Assembly (NCBI GenBank): GCA_965261285.1
Contig: OZ253457.1
Coordinates: forward strand, 2,857,396 to 2,921,395
Reading direction: 5' to 3'
Source: Vicinamibacterales bacterium
GTDB taxonomy: Bacteria > Acidobacteriota > Vicinamibacteria > Vicinamibacterales > UBA8438
Length of the DNA stretch: 64,000 bases
Shown: one piece after another, positions 8,893 through 18,526 of the stretch
Position numbering within the stretch: the first letter of the stretch is position 1
Layout: every line of letters begins with the position of its first letter
Notes under the pieces: model-generated
Told to the model about the DNA's origin: nothing
Seen by the model: the letters and a program-made list of their open reading frames with translations, nothing else
Database searches by the model: none
Program-made: the position numbers and the translations under genes

Positions 8893-10650
8893 ATGTCGGC
8901 GTTGCAGCGCGGCCCCGGCGTTCGCTACGAGCCCGACGAGAACCCGCCGCCGGGCATCGCCCTCGGCTGCGGCGTACAGCTCGTGGTGCTTGGCCTCGCC
9001 AGCATCGTCCTCATCCCGACGATCGTCATCCGGGCCGCCGGCGGGACCGACGAGTACCTGTCGTGGGCGGTGTTCTGCGCAGTCGCCGTCAGCGGTGTCT
9101 GCACGGCGCTGCAGGCGGTGAGGCTCGGCCGGGTCGGCGCGGGGCACGTGCTCATGATGGGCCCCGCCGGGGCCTTCATCGGGGTTTCGGTCAGCGCCCT
9201 CTCGGAAGGCGGCCCCGCCCTGCTCGCCACCCTCGTCGTCGCGTCGTCGCTCGTCCCCATCGTCATCTCCCTGCGCCTCGCCCTGTTCAGGCGCCTGCTG
9301 ACCCCGACCATCGTCGGCACCGTGAACATGCTGGTGCCGGCCACCGTGCTCCCGGTCGTCTTCGGCCGCCTGACCGAAGTGCCGCCCGGGGCGGCGGCGC
9401 TGAGCGCGCCGCTCACCGCGGTGGCGACGTTCGTCGTCATCAGCGCCGTCTCCCTGAAGGGGGGCGCGACGCTGCGCCTGTGGGCGCCCCTCGTGGGGGT
9501 CGTCGCCGGGTCGGCGGTCGCCGGACTGCTGGGCCTCTACGATCCCGGCCGCGTGGCCGGGGCGCCGTGGATCGGCCTGCCCCCGGCCGCCTGGCCGGGC
9601 GTCGGACTCGACCCGGGCCCGGCGTTCGCGGCGCTGCTTCCCGCCTTCGTGTTCGTGGCCGTCATCGGCGCCATCCAGACCATCACCGGGGCCGTCGCCG
9701 TCCAGCGGGTGTCGTGGCGGCGGCCCCGGGCGGTGGACTACCGGGCGGTGGAGGGAGCGGTGGCCGCCGACGGCATCGGCAAGCTGCTGTCCGGGGTCGC
9801 CGGCATCATGCCCACCCAGACCGTCGGGTTCAGCGTCCCCACCGTCGAGCTCACGGGGGTCGCGGCCCGCGCCGCGGGCATCGCGGCCGGGGGCCTGCTG
9901 ATTGTGTTGGGATTCCTGCCCAAGCTGGTCGCCATCGTCCTCGCGATACCCAGCCCGGTCGCCGTCGCCTACCTGACCGTGGTGCTGGCCATGACCTTCG
10001 TGCGCGGCATGACGGAGGTCGTGCAGGGCGGCATCGACCACCGCAAGGGGCTCATCGCGGGCGTGGCGTTCTGGGTCGGCGTCGGCTGCCAGAACGGCCT
10101 GATCTTCCCCGAGCTGCTGGCCGACCTCGCGGGCGGCCTGCTGCAGAACGGCATCACCGCGGGCGGCCTCGTGGCCATCCTCATGACCCTGTTCCTCGAG
10201 CTGACGGCGCCCCGCCGCCACCGCATCGAGGCGGCCCTCGACCTCGCCGCGCTGCCGAAGATCAGGGACTTCCTCGGGACGTTCGCGGCCCGCAGCGGCT
10301 GGGGCGACAAGATGGTCCACCGCCTGGACGCGGCGAGCGAGGAGACGCTGCTGACGCTGCTCGGGCAGGACGAGGGCCGGGAGAAGCGCGAGCAGCGCCG
10401 CCTGATGCTGCAGGCCCGCAGGGAGGCCGGCGGCGCCGTCCTCGAGTTCATCGCCGCCGCCGGCGAGGAGAACCTGCAGGACCGGATGGGGCTGCTCGCC
10501 GACCGGCCCGACGACGTGCTCATGGAGCGGGAGGTCTCGCTGCGCCTGCTGCGCCACATCGCGTCGTCGGTCCGCCACCAGCAGTTCCACGACTCGGACG
10601 TCGTGACCGTGCGCGTGGAGGTCCCGGAGGCGGAACGTGGGCGCCGGTGA
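8893..10650 (+). CDS. NCS2 (xanthine/uracil/vitamin C) family permease with a ~150-aa C-terminal soluble extension
   Basis: Starts MSALQRGPGVRYEPDENPP and is polytopic and hydrophobic to about residue 430. It then continues with the charged domain RHRIEAALDLAALPKIRDFLGTFAARSGW...VTVRVEV. Confidence 0.8.
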   Translation: MSALQRGPGVRYEPDENPPPGIALGCGVQLVVLGLASIVLIPTIVIRAAGGTDEYLSWAVFCAVAVSGVCTALQAVRLGRVGAGHVLMMGPAGAFIGVSVSALSEGGPALLATLVVASSLVPIVISLRLALFRRLLTPTIVGTVNMLVPATVLPVVFGRLTEVPPGAAALSAPLTAVATFVVISAVSLKGGATLRLWAPLVGVVAGSAVAGLLGLYDPGRVAGAPWIGLPPAAWPGVGLDPGPAFAALLPAFVFVAVIGAIQTITGAVAVQRVSWRRPRAVDYRAVEGAVAADGIGKLLSGVAGIMPTQTVGFSVPTVELTGVAARAAGIAAGGLLIVLGFLPKLVAIVLAIPSPVAVAYLTVVLAMTFVRGMTEVVQGGIDHRKGLIAGVAFWVGVGCQNGLIFPELLADLAGGLLQNGITAGGLVAILMTLFLELTAPRRHRIEAALDLAALPKIRDFLGTFAARSGWGDKMVHRLDAASEETLLTLLGQDEGREKREQRRLMLQARREAGGAVLEFIAAAGEENLQDRMGLLADRPDDVLMEREVSLRLLRHIASSVRHQQFHDSDVVTVRVEVPEAERGRR

Positions 10651-12070
10651 AGGCTCGAACGGCGGGCGGGCGTTCGCGCTGCGCCTGCTGGCGGGGCCGG
10701 CCGCGTTCGCCGCCGTCCGCGCGGCGCCGCTGGCCGGCCTCGCGCCCGAGGCGCACTTCGTCCTCGCCGCCTACGCCTGGGTCGTCGCGTGGTGGGTGGC
10801 CACGCCGGTGCCCTGGACGGTCACCAGCTTCCTGCCGTTCGTGCTCCTGCCCCTCGGCGGGGCGATGCCTGTCGCCGACGTCGCCGCCCGCTACGGCCAC
10901 ACCATCCTGCCCTACCTGATGGGCGTCATGCTCTTCGGGCACGCGTTCCGCAAGCACGGCCTCGCCCGGCGCATCGCCCTCGCCGCGCTGTGCCTGCCGG
11001 GGGTGGCGCGTTCCGGCGGCGGTCTCCTGCTCGCGATCATGACCGTGTCGGCGTTGATGTCCGCGGTCGTCAGCGACCTCGCGGTCATCGTGATGACGAC
11101 GCCGATCGCGCTGTCGATAGCACGCTCGGTGGCGCCCGGCGCGGGGCGCATGGCCGCGGCGGCGAGCCTCGCCGTCCTCTACGGCGCCACCGCGGGGGGG
11201 ATGGCGACGCCCGCGGGCATCGTCTACAACCCGTTGACCCTCGGGCTGCTGGAACGGCTGACCGGCTACAGCGTCACCTTCGCGCAGTGGATGTCGACCG
11301 GCGTCGTCCTGACCGCGGCCCACCTCCCGCTGTGCTATCTGGTCCTGAAGCTCATGCTGCCGCCGGAGGTGCGGGCCGTCCCCGACGCCGCCCGCTTTCG
11401 CGGGGAGCTGGCGCGGCTGGGTCCGATGAGCCGGGGCGAGAAGAACGTCCTGTTCGTCCTGGCCCTGATGCTGGTCCTGTGGAATCTGCCCACGTTCGTC
11501 ACCCTCTCGTTCCTCGACTTCTGGTACGTGCCCCCGGTGGCCATGGTGCTGCTCTTCGCGCTGCCGGTGGACGCGAAGCGCGGCGAGGCGACCCTCGAGG
11601 CCGGGGACGTGCAGGCGGGAGTCGAATGGAACGTGCTGTTCCTGGTGCTCGGCGGGATGGCCCTGGCCGACTTGCTGGCCGGAACGGGCGTGACCGACTG
11701 GATCGCCGCCCTGCTCACGGGCAACGTCACCGCGGAGGCGCTGCCGTGGCTGGCGGGCCTGGTCACGCCGCTGCTGACGCAGTTCGCCAACGGGCCGTCC
11801 GCGGCGGTGGTGGTTTCCACGACGCTCTTTCCCATCGCCGACGCCCTCGGCTACAACGCCGCGATTCTCGCCCGCATCATCCCCGGCACCGCCGACGCGG
11901 TGACGCTGCCCTGGGCCAGCGCGGCGGTGGCGGCGACGTTCTCGTTCGGCGCGGTCGGACTGGGGACGATGTTCAGGGTCGGCGCCGTCGTCACCGTCCT
12001 GACGTCGATCGTCGTGGTCGTGCTGAGCGTGGTCCTGGTGCCGGCGCTGCAGGCGTTCACCCTGCCGTGA
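10637..12070 (+). CDS. SLC13/DASS (ArsB/NhaD superfamily) anion permease
   Basis: Polytopic 477-aa ORF. VAWWVATPVPWTVTSFLPFVLLPLGG and later GGMALADLL motifs are typical of DASS transporters. The GTG start overlaps the end of the upstream gene. Confidence 0.75.
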   Translation: MGAGEGSNGGRAFALRLLAGPAAFAAVRAAPLAGLAPEAHFVLAAYAWVVAWWVATPVPWTVTSFLPFVLLPLGGAMPVADVAARYGHTILPYLMGVMLFGHAFRKHGLARRIALAALCLPGVARSGGGLLLAIMTVSALMSAVVSDLAVIVMTTPIALSIARSVAPGAGRMAAAASLAVLYGATAGGMATPAGIVYNPLTLGLLERLTGYSVTFAQWMSTGVVLTAAHLPLCYLVLKLMLPPEVRAVPDAARFRGELARLGPMSRGEKNVLFVLALMLVLWNLPTFVTLSFLDFWYVPPVAMVLLFALPVDAKRGEATLEAGDVQAGVEWNVLFLVLGGMALADLLAGTGVTDWIAALLTGNVTAEALPWLAGLVTPLLTQFANGPSAAVVVSTTLFPIADALGYNAAILARIIPGTADAVTLPWASAAVAATFSFGAVGLGTMFRVGAVVTVLTSIVVVVLSVVLVPALQAFTLP

Positions 12071-12290
12071 CGGCACGGCCCGCCGTGCCCGTGCGTCCCG
12101 TTCCGAGTGGTGCCGGAAAATCGGGCCGGGCCGGTTGTGGTTCTCACCGGGCGTTCGGGGGTCTCGCGCTGCCTGGAGGCCGCCGGCTCTCGCAGCGTCG
12201 GCGACGCCCGTCCTGAGGCTCGACCACGGTGCGGACGAGGCCGGCCGGTTCGTGTACCATCGCCATGCGCGCAGTTCCGCGAGACCGTCC

Positions 12291-13415
12291 ATGGCGCTCG
12301 AGCTCACCCCCCGGCAGGCGAACACCATCGCGGCCGCCATCACCACCGTCTCGGCCCTCGTCATCCTGCTCGCCGTCGGCCTCCTGGGGTGGCTGGCCGC
12401 GCTCTTCCTCCGGACGTTCTCGGGGGTGTTCCTGCCGCTGGCGGTGGGCGGCGTGGCGGCCCTCGTGTTCCGCCCCTTCTACGACTGGCTGCGCGGCCCG
12501 GGCCGGCTGCCGGTGCCGGCGGCGGTCGCCGCCGTGTTCCTGTCCGCCCTCGTGCCGCTGGGCGTCTTCGTCGCGTTCTTCGGGAACCTCGCCGTCGACC
12601 AGCTCGTCGGCCTCGCCGCGCAGGTGCCGGCGTGGTGGGCGGACGCCCGCGCGCTGCTCGAGGAACGACTTCCGCAGGCCTTCGAGATGCTCGAGTCGTC
12701 GGGCCTCGGCGACCGGCTCAGCGAGATCGCGGTCGCGCAGCAGGCCGCGATCTTCGAGTGGCTCCAGACGATGGGGGTGCAGGCGGTCACCGTCGGCTTC
12801 GGCGTCGCGCGCGGGCTCGCCGCCCTGCTGTCGTGGATCATCACCCCCGTCTACTTCGCGTACTTCCTCACCGCCGGCTTCCGGCTCGACACCGACCGCG
12901 TGCTGCCGTTCCTGAAGCCCGAGACCCGCGCCGACGCGACCTACCTGCTGCACGAGTTCGTCGACATCACGGTGGCGTTCTTCCGGGGCCAGCTCGTCAT
13001 CGCCCTCCTGCAGGGCCTGCTGTTCGCGGCGGGCTTCAGCCTCGTGGGCCTGCGCTACGGGTTCGTCATCGGCCTCGCCCTCGGGCTCCTCAACGTCATC
13101 CCCTACCTGGGCAACATGATCGGCCTTGCCGTCGCCATCCCCATCGCCTTCTTCCAGGCCGACGGCGGGTGGCTGACGTGCCTGCTGGTGCTCGCGGTGG
13201 TCCTGGTGGTGCAGCAGGTCGAGGGCTGGTTCCTCACGCCGAAGATCATGGGCGAGCGCACCGGGCTGCACTTCATGGCGATCATCGTCGCCGTCTTCTT
13301 CTGGGGCACGGCGCTCGGCGGCATCCTCGGGCTGATCGTGGCCATCCCCCTGACCGCGTTCCTCGCCTCGCTCTGGCACCTCGCGCGCGAGAAGTACATC
13401 CCGGAAATCGTGTGA
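12291..13415 (+). CDS. AI-2E family transporter (PerM/UPF0118)
   Basis: NVIPYLGNMIGLAVAIPIAFFQ and FLTPKIMGERTGLHFMAIIVAVFFWG are signatures of the family. Start at Met53 (MALELTPRQ). Confidence 0.85.
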   Translation: MALELTPRQANTIAAAITTVSALVILLAVGLLGWLAALFLRTFSGVFLPLAVGGVAALVFRPFYDWLRGPGRLPVPAAVAAVFLSALVPLGVFVAFFGNLAVDQLVGLAAQVPAWWADARALLEERLPQAFEMLESSGLGDRLSEIAVAQQAAIFEWLQTMGVQAVTVGFGVARGLAALLSWIITPVYFAYFLTAGFRLDTDRVLPFLKPETRADATYLLHEFVDITVAFFRGQLVIALLQGLLFAAGFSLVGLRYGFVIGLALGLLNVIPYLGNMIGLAVAIPIAFFQADGGWLTCLLVLAVVLVVQQVEGWFLTPKIMGERTGLHFMAIIVAVFFWGTALGGILGLIVAIPLTAFLASLWHLAREKYIPEIV

Positions 13416-13503
13416 GGCCCAGCGCGCGCGGGGGCGACGGAACCATCCCCGCCCAGGACGCGCCGCCGCGGTTGCCGCAACGCCCGGCGGGCCGGTTCGA
13501 GCC

Positions 13504-13800
13504 GGACTCCTGACGACCATCACCATCGAGTTGCCGGACGAGTTGGCCGAAGAGGCGAGGCCCCAGGACTGCTGGCCGCCCGCGCGGTCAAGGCCATGAT
13601 TGGCGATGCGCTTCGTCGGCACGCGCGGGAGGGGAGCTTCCGGATGCCGCCAACGAGTTGGCTGCGAGCCTCCCCCGATGACCATGGCGGACATTCAGGG
13701 GGAAGTGGATGCCGTCCGGGCGGGAGGCACCGCCGTGCGGCTGGTGCTTGATATACGTGGGCTGGACCGTGATACGGTTACGCGGACGCAAACCAACTGA
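13504..13800 (+). pseudogene. frameshifted type II antitoxin-like remnant plus first codons of a PIN-like toxin
   Basis: Across three frames it reads TTITIELPDELAEEAR / GLLAARAVKAMIGDALRRHAREGS / LPDAANELAASLPPMTMADIQGEVDAVRAGG, then VRLVLDI (a PIN toxin start-like motif) and a stop. At least two frameshifts are needed to join them. Confidence 0.35.
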
Positions 13801-13811
13801 GGAGGGACGAC

Positions 13812-14240
13812 ATGGCGGGACGGATTCGTTTCGGTCTGATGCTGGCCCTGGTGCTCGTGGCGGCCGGTGCGTGGATGGTGGGTCAGGGCTCGGCGATCAC
13901 CGCGGCCCAGAGCAACTTCGTCGGCGGCGACCCGTCGCGGCCCGACGCCTCGGACATCCGGGCCCTGCGGCTGCGGTTCGAGGCGGGCGCGCGGTCGAAC
14001 TGGCACAGCCACGGCGGGTTCCAGGTGATCATGGCCGAGGAGGGGCGCGGGCGCACCCAGGTGCAGGGCGAGCCCCTGCAGGAGATGGAGCCGGGCGTGC
14101 CCTACTACGCGGGCCCCGGGGTCGTGCACTGGCACGGCGCCGCCCCCGACTCGTACATGGTGCAGCTCACCGTCGTCGGCGGCGAGGGCCCGACGGACTG
14201 GCTCGGGCCGGTGAGCGACGAGGACTACCTGGGCCAGTAG
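13812..14240 (+). CDS. cupin domain protein with N-terminal signal/anchor
   Basis: RBS gaggaggg precedes the ATG. N-terminus is MAGRIRFGLMLALVLVAAGAWM. Cupin motifs are SNWHSHGGFQVIM and GVVHWHG. Confidence 0.75.
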   Translation: MAGRIRFGLMLALVLVAAGAWMVGQGSAITAAQSNFVGGDPSRPDASDIRALRLRFEAGARSNWHSHGGFQVIMAEEGRGRTQVQGEPLQEMEPGVPYYAGPGVVHWHGAAPDSYMVQLTVVGGEGPTDWLGPVSDEDYLGQ

Positions 14241-14387
14241 CGGGTGTCGGCCGCCCCGGGCCGCGGCGCACGCCGCGGCCCGGAAGCGGACCAGCCAAGA
14301 CCCCGTGACCGGGAAGCCCGCGCCGACCCTCCGTCGGCGCGCGGGCGCGGCCCCGCCGCGGGCTCCTTCCTCGAGGAGGCGTCTCAC

Positions 14388-15830
14388 ATGCAGCCATCCA
14401 CCTTCCGCAGCGGCTTCGATCGGCGTCGCGCGCATGCCCGCGCGCTCTGCGTTTCCCTCCTCGCCGGTGCCCTCGCCCTGAGCGCGGCGGCCGGCCTGTC
14501 GGCCAAGGACTGGCCGCAGTGGCGCGGCGAGGAGCGGCGGGGCGTCTGGACCGAGACCGGCATTCTCGAGGCGTTCCCCGACGCCGGGCTCACCGTGAAG
14601 TGGCGGGCCCCCGTCAACGGCGGCTACGCCGGCCCCGCCGTCGCGGACGGCCGCGTCTTCGTGCTCGACTACGTCGAGACCGAGCCGCGGACGATGGACG
14701 GCACCGAGCGGCTGCTCGCGCTCGACGAGGAGACCGGCGAGGTGCTCTGGTCGCACGAGTGGACCACCACCTACCGGATGCTCATGTTCACCTACGCCAC
14801 CGGCCCCCGCGCCACCCCCACCGTCGACGGCGACCGGGTCTACGTGACCGGGTCGACCGGGCGCATCCTGTGCCTGGAGGCGGCGACCGGGGCGGTGGTC
14901 TGGGAGAAGGACACCGTCGCCGAGTACGACACGAGCATCCCCATCTGGGGCACGTCGAGCGCGCCGCTCGTGGACGGCGACCGCGTCATCTTCCTGGTCG
15001 GCGGCGAGCCCGACGCCCTCGTGATGGCGTTCGACAAGCACACCGGCGACGAGGTGTGGCGCGCCCTCGAGACGCGGACGGAGATGGGCTACAACCAGCC
15101 CCTGATCATCGAGGCGGGCGGGGCCCGGCAGCTCATCGTCTGGCACCCGCGCGGCCTCTCCTCGCTCGACCCCGAGACCGGCGAGATCTACTGGGAGGAG
15201 CCGTTCGAGGGGCGGGCCAACATGACGGTGGCCGACGCCGTCCACGCCGGCAACCGCCTGTTCATCTCGGGCTTCTACAGCGGCTCGATGATGATGCGGC
15301 TCGACCTCGACCGGCCCGACGCCACCGCCGTGTGGAAGGACCGCAGCAGCCGCGTGCTCGACAACGGCATCGAGGTCGCGGAGGAGACCGGACTGCACTC
15401 GGTGATGACCACGCCGCTCGTGGTCGGGGACTACATCTACGGCATCGGCAGCCACGGGCAGGTGCGGGGCCTGCTCGCCGCCACCGGCGAGCGGGTGTGG
15501 GAGGCCGAGGGGCTGACCAACCGCAACCGCTGGGGCTCGGCCTACTTCGTCCGGCACGAGGACCGCTACTTCGTCTACAACGAGAACGGCGACCTCGTCA
15601 TCGCCACGTTCAGCCCCGAGGGCTACGTCGAGCTCGACCGTACGCACCTCATCAACCCCACGTCGCGGTCGGGCTACGGCGGCAGCCGCGCGGGGTCGGC
15701 GTCCCGCTTCCGCCACGGTCAGAGCGACCGCCTCGTGGTGTGGGCGCACCCGGCGTTCGCCAACCGGCACGTCCTGGTGCGCAACGACGAGGAGATCATC
15801 CGCGTGTCGCTCGACGCGAGCGACTACTGA
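14388..15830 (+). CDS. secreted PQQ-like (BamB-type) beta-propeller repeat protein
   Basis: RBS gaggagg with ATG 14388. It has a signal peptide. DWPQWRGEERRGVW and repeated ...G.V.W motifs (ETGEVLWSHEW, ATGAVVWEKD, TGDEVWRA, TGERVWEAE) are present. Confidence 0.8.
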   Translation: MQPSTFRSGFDRRRAHARALCVSLLAGALALSAAAGLSAKDWPQWRGEERRGVWTETGILEAFPDAGLTVKWRAPVNGGYAGPAVADGRVFVLDYVETEPRTMDGTERLLALDEETGEVLWSHEWTTTYRMLMFTYATGPRATPTVDGDRVYVTGSTGRILCLEAATGAVVWEKDTVAEYDTSIPIWGTSSAPLVDGDRVIFLVGGEPDALVMAFDKHTGDEVWRALETRTEMGYNQPLIIEAGGARQLIVWHPRGLSSLDPETGEIYWEEPFEGRANMTVADAVHAGNRLFISGFYSGSMMMRLDLDRPDATAVWKDRSSRVLDNGIEVAEETGLHSVMTTPLVVGDYIYGIGSHGQVRGLLAATGERVWEAEGLTNRNRWGSAYFVRHEDRYFVYNENGDLVIATFSPEGYVELDRTHLINPTSRSGYGGSRAGSASRFRHGQSDRLVVWAHPAFANRHVLVRNDEEIIRVSLDASDY

Positions 15831-15935
15831 CGTCCCCCGGGCGTCCGCGCCACGCGCCGTCTCCGTTCGGTTCCGCGACTCCCCGCGAGGAGGCGCCGAC
15901 CCGCGGTCGGGCGCCCGGGTGGGGCCGTCGGCCTG

Positions 15936-16871
15936 ATGACCGCGGCCGGCCTCACCACCGTGCACGACGCGGGGGCGGGCCGCGGCCGGCTCGTCGCCTA
16001 CCAGGACGCGCGCGAGGCGGGCGAGCTGCGCCACCGCGTCTACGCCATGGTCCGCGGGCCCTACCGGGACCTGCGCGACGCCGGCGTCTACACCGGCCTC
16101 GGCGACGAGTGGGTGCGCATCGGCGGCGTGAAGTACAGCGCCGACGGCTCCGCCTCGGAGCGCACCATGCACATGAGCACGCCGTTCGAGGGACGGCCTG
16201 ACGACTACGGCATCCTGACGATGTCGCAGGACGACATTCACGAGGCAGTCGAGGACGCGCACCGCCACAACTGGCAGGTCGGCATCCACGCCAACGGCGA
16301 CGTCACCATCGACATGGTGCTGAACGCCTACGAGCGGGTCCTCGCCCGCTGGCCGCACCCCGACCGCCGCCACCGCATCGAGCACTGCTCGCTCGTCAAC
16401 CCCGACCTGCTGCGACGCATCCGCGACACCGGCTCGATCCCCACCCCGTTCTGGACCTACGTCCACTTCCACGGCGAGAAGTGGCGGAACTACGGCGCCG
16501 CGAAGATGGAGTGGATGTTCGCGCACCGCTCCTTCCTCGACTACGACATCCCCGTGGCGGGGGCGTCCGACTACACGCCGGGGCCGTTCTCGCCGCTCAT
16601 GGCCATCCAGAGCATGGTGACCCGCCGCGACTTCGACGGCCGGGTGTGGGGGGCCAACCAGCGGGTGACGGTGGACGAGGCCCTGCGCATCGGCACCCTG
16701 AACGGGGCGCGGGCGTCCTACGAGGAGCGCGACAAGGGCTCCATCACCGCCGGCAAGCTCGCCGACTTCGTCGTCCTCGAGCGCGACCCGCACGACGCGG
16801 ACCCCGACGACATCAAGAACATCCGCGTCGTGCGCACGGTGGTCGGCGGGCGGACGGTGCACGCGGCATAG
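15936..16871 (+). pseudogene. 5'-truncated amidohydrolase (Amidohydro_3 / YtcJ-like), C-terminal ~310 aa only
   Basis: Begins at GLTTVHDAG, which lies mid-protein in this family. It retains IHANGD, HRIEHC and the C-terminal GKLADFVVL. No N-terminal part appears in any frame of 15831-15935. Confidence 0.55.
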
Positions 16872-17124
16872 GCGTCCGGGCCGGGGAACAACGCGAACGC
16901 CTGCGCAGGCGCAGACTCCCGGCCCGGAAATCGTCGCCCGCGGCTCCGATCGCGGCCCAACCGGCGGCGCTGATGTGGCCAGCTCCTGCTCCGGGCTTGG
17001 ACTCGTTCGGTGTTGCCGATCCCCGCGCCCTCCACCGGCCGATCCCGGAAGCGCGCCCAAGCCACGCCGTTGGCCAGCGCCGGAAGCGACTTGACTGCTC
17101 GGCACGTCGCAGTATGATGAATCG

Positions 17125-17448
17125 ATGGGTGTGGTCTACCTGTTCGACTCACGAGGCAGTTGGATCGCCTTTCGGAACGGGAAGTACGTCTACGACTGCG
17201 ACGGAAACTGGATTGGCTGGCTTCCCTGGAACGACGAGGACGTCGTGGACCGGGATGGCGCGTACCTGGGCACCATCGTCAAGAAGAAGCGCTTGTACCG
17301 TCTCGCGGCTCGTCCATACCGTGGCTACCCCGGCTACCCCGGCTACCCCGACTACCCCGGTCACCCCGGCTACCCCTGCTATGCCGGTGACGATTCCCCC
17401 CCCTTCGACGCCGAGGACGTCAATCTGCACGAGATTCCCGGATCGTGA
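17125..17448 (+). CDS. small protein with a 4-fold-beta-flower-like N-terminus and a Y-P-G-rich tail
   Basis: VYLFDSRGSWIAFRNGKYVYDCDGNWIGWLPWNDEDVVDRDGAYLGTIV is followed by YRGYPGYPGYPDYPGHPGYP. Local GC is lower. Confidence 0.55.
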   Translation: MGVVYLFDSRGSWIAFRNGKYVYDCDGNWIGWLPWNDEDVVDRDGAYLGTIVKKKRLYRLAARPYRGYPGYPGYPDYPGHPGYPCYAGDDSPPFDAEDVNLHEIPGS

Positions 17449-17642
17449 GTAGATTTCCCCCACTATCCGAACCCGCCGGCTGTGGATGCCGTTCGGAACG
17501 CGTACACGATCCTTTGCAAGCAGAGAAGTGCGGGTCGACGCGTTCCCGTGATGGCGTTGTCGACGCCGCGTGGTGATCGCGGTCTTGGACTCAGAGCGTG
17601 GGCCAGGCGGGGAAAGGCTGGCGGGCAGTCGCCCCGCGGCGA

Positions 17643-18080
17643 CTATGTGACGCTGCGTGCCGCCTCCTCGACGACATGCAGCTCGATCCGCTTGCCTACG
17701 GCAGCGAGCGCCTGCTCCAACTGATCCAGGCGCGAAGCATGGCGCATGTCGAGCACCCGGTCGACCTGCGGCAGGTGCCAGTGGAGGCGCCGCCCGAGCT
17801 CGGCCTTGTTGACCTGCTGCGCCAGCATCGCGTTGTACAGCTCGACCTTCGCGACCAGCAGCGGAGGCAGCGCCACGGTCGACCCGCCGTGCGTGGGCAC
17901 GGACGGTGGCGGAATCGGTTGCCGGTGCCGCATGTACGCCCCGATCATGCTGGTCAGCGCGTCGACCGCACGCGCGAGGGCTTCACCCGCGTCGTCGCCG
18001 TAGGTATGCGCCGGCAGATCGACGAAGTCGACCAGCACTTGGCCGTCCTCCGCGTTCAGCGATACGGGGTAGCGCCACAT
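17643..18080 (-). CDS. hicB: HicB family antitoxin
   Basis: MWRYPVSLNAEDGQVLVDFVDLPAHTYGDDAGEALARAVDAL is a HicB-like fold. It has a C-terminal HTH-like segment and lies 12 nt downstream of hicA. Confidence 0.85.
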   Translation of the reverse strand: MWRYPVSLNAEDGQVLVDFVDLPAHTYGDDAGEALARAVDALTSMIGAYMRHRQPIPPPSVPTHGGSTVALPPLLVAKVELYNAMLAQQVNKAELGRRLHWHLPQVDRVLDMRHASRLDQLEQALAAVGKRIELHVVEEAARSVT

Positions 18081-18092
18081 CGAAACACCCTC

Positions 18093-18281
18093 CTATGTGC
18101 GCCCCTTCAGGCCGAGGTCCTTCTTGATTGCTTCCATCGTACCCACCGGCATGTCCCGCTTCCCGTGCATGGGCAACGTGGACTTTCTGTCGCCACGCAG
18201 GACGACCAGGTGGCCGCCGTCACCCGGCTCGAACGTGCATCCGTGCCGACTCAACCACCGCTTGAACTGGCGAGGTGTCAT
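18093..18281 (-). CDS. hicA: HicA family mRNA-interferase toxin
   Basis: MTPRQFKRWLSRHGCTFEPGDGGHLVVLRGDRKSTLPMHGKRDMPVGTMEAIKKDLGL. This is only the 3' end of a spurious 639-aa ORF. Confidence 0.9.
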   Translation of the reverse strand: MTPRQFKRWLSRHGCTFEPGDGGHLVVLRGDRKSTLPMHGKRDMPVGTMEAIKKDLGLKGRT

Positions 18282-18296
18282 TGGCACGAGACCCAC

Positions 18297-18325
18297 AAAA
18301 TAGCAACATCTGTGATTCCATACAA
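18297..18325 (-). promoter_or_regulatory. candidate sigma70-type promoter of hicAB
   Basis: On the minus strand, TTGTAT-N17-TATTTT sits in an AT-rich patch 15 nt upstream of the hicA ATG. Confidence 0.35.
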
Positions 18326-18481
18326 CAATTATGATGCGGCGGTCGCAGCTTGACCTCGACCCGAACCGCCGCCAGGGTCCGCATCTCTCCGAGGCAGTCC
18401 TGCTGCCCCGTCTCGACCGCACGAGACGAGTCCCGGCGCGCTTCTGCTTGCGAGGGAAGAGGAGTCCGCGCCACGGGGCCG

Positions 18482-18513
18482 CCATGCCGGCCCGTCGTCG
18501 CGGGCCGGCATGG
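18482..18513 (-). terminator. perfect 12-bp-stem hairpin downstream of the ABC operon
   Basis: ccatgccggccc-gtcgtcgc-gggccggcatgg, 14 nt after the permease stop at 18527. Confidence 0.55.
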
Positions 18514-18526
18514 CTTGGTGGCAGGG

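Noticed and set aside
13441-13510. GGTTCGAGCC string considered as a possible tRNA T-arm.
   Set aside because: The flanking bases do not form a T-stem or an acceptor stem. No cloverleaf can be drawn.
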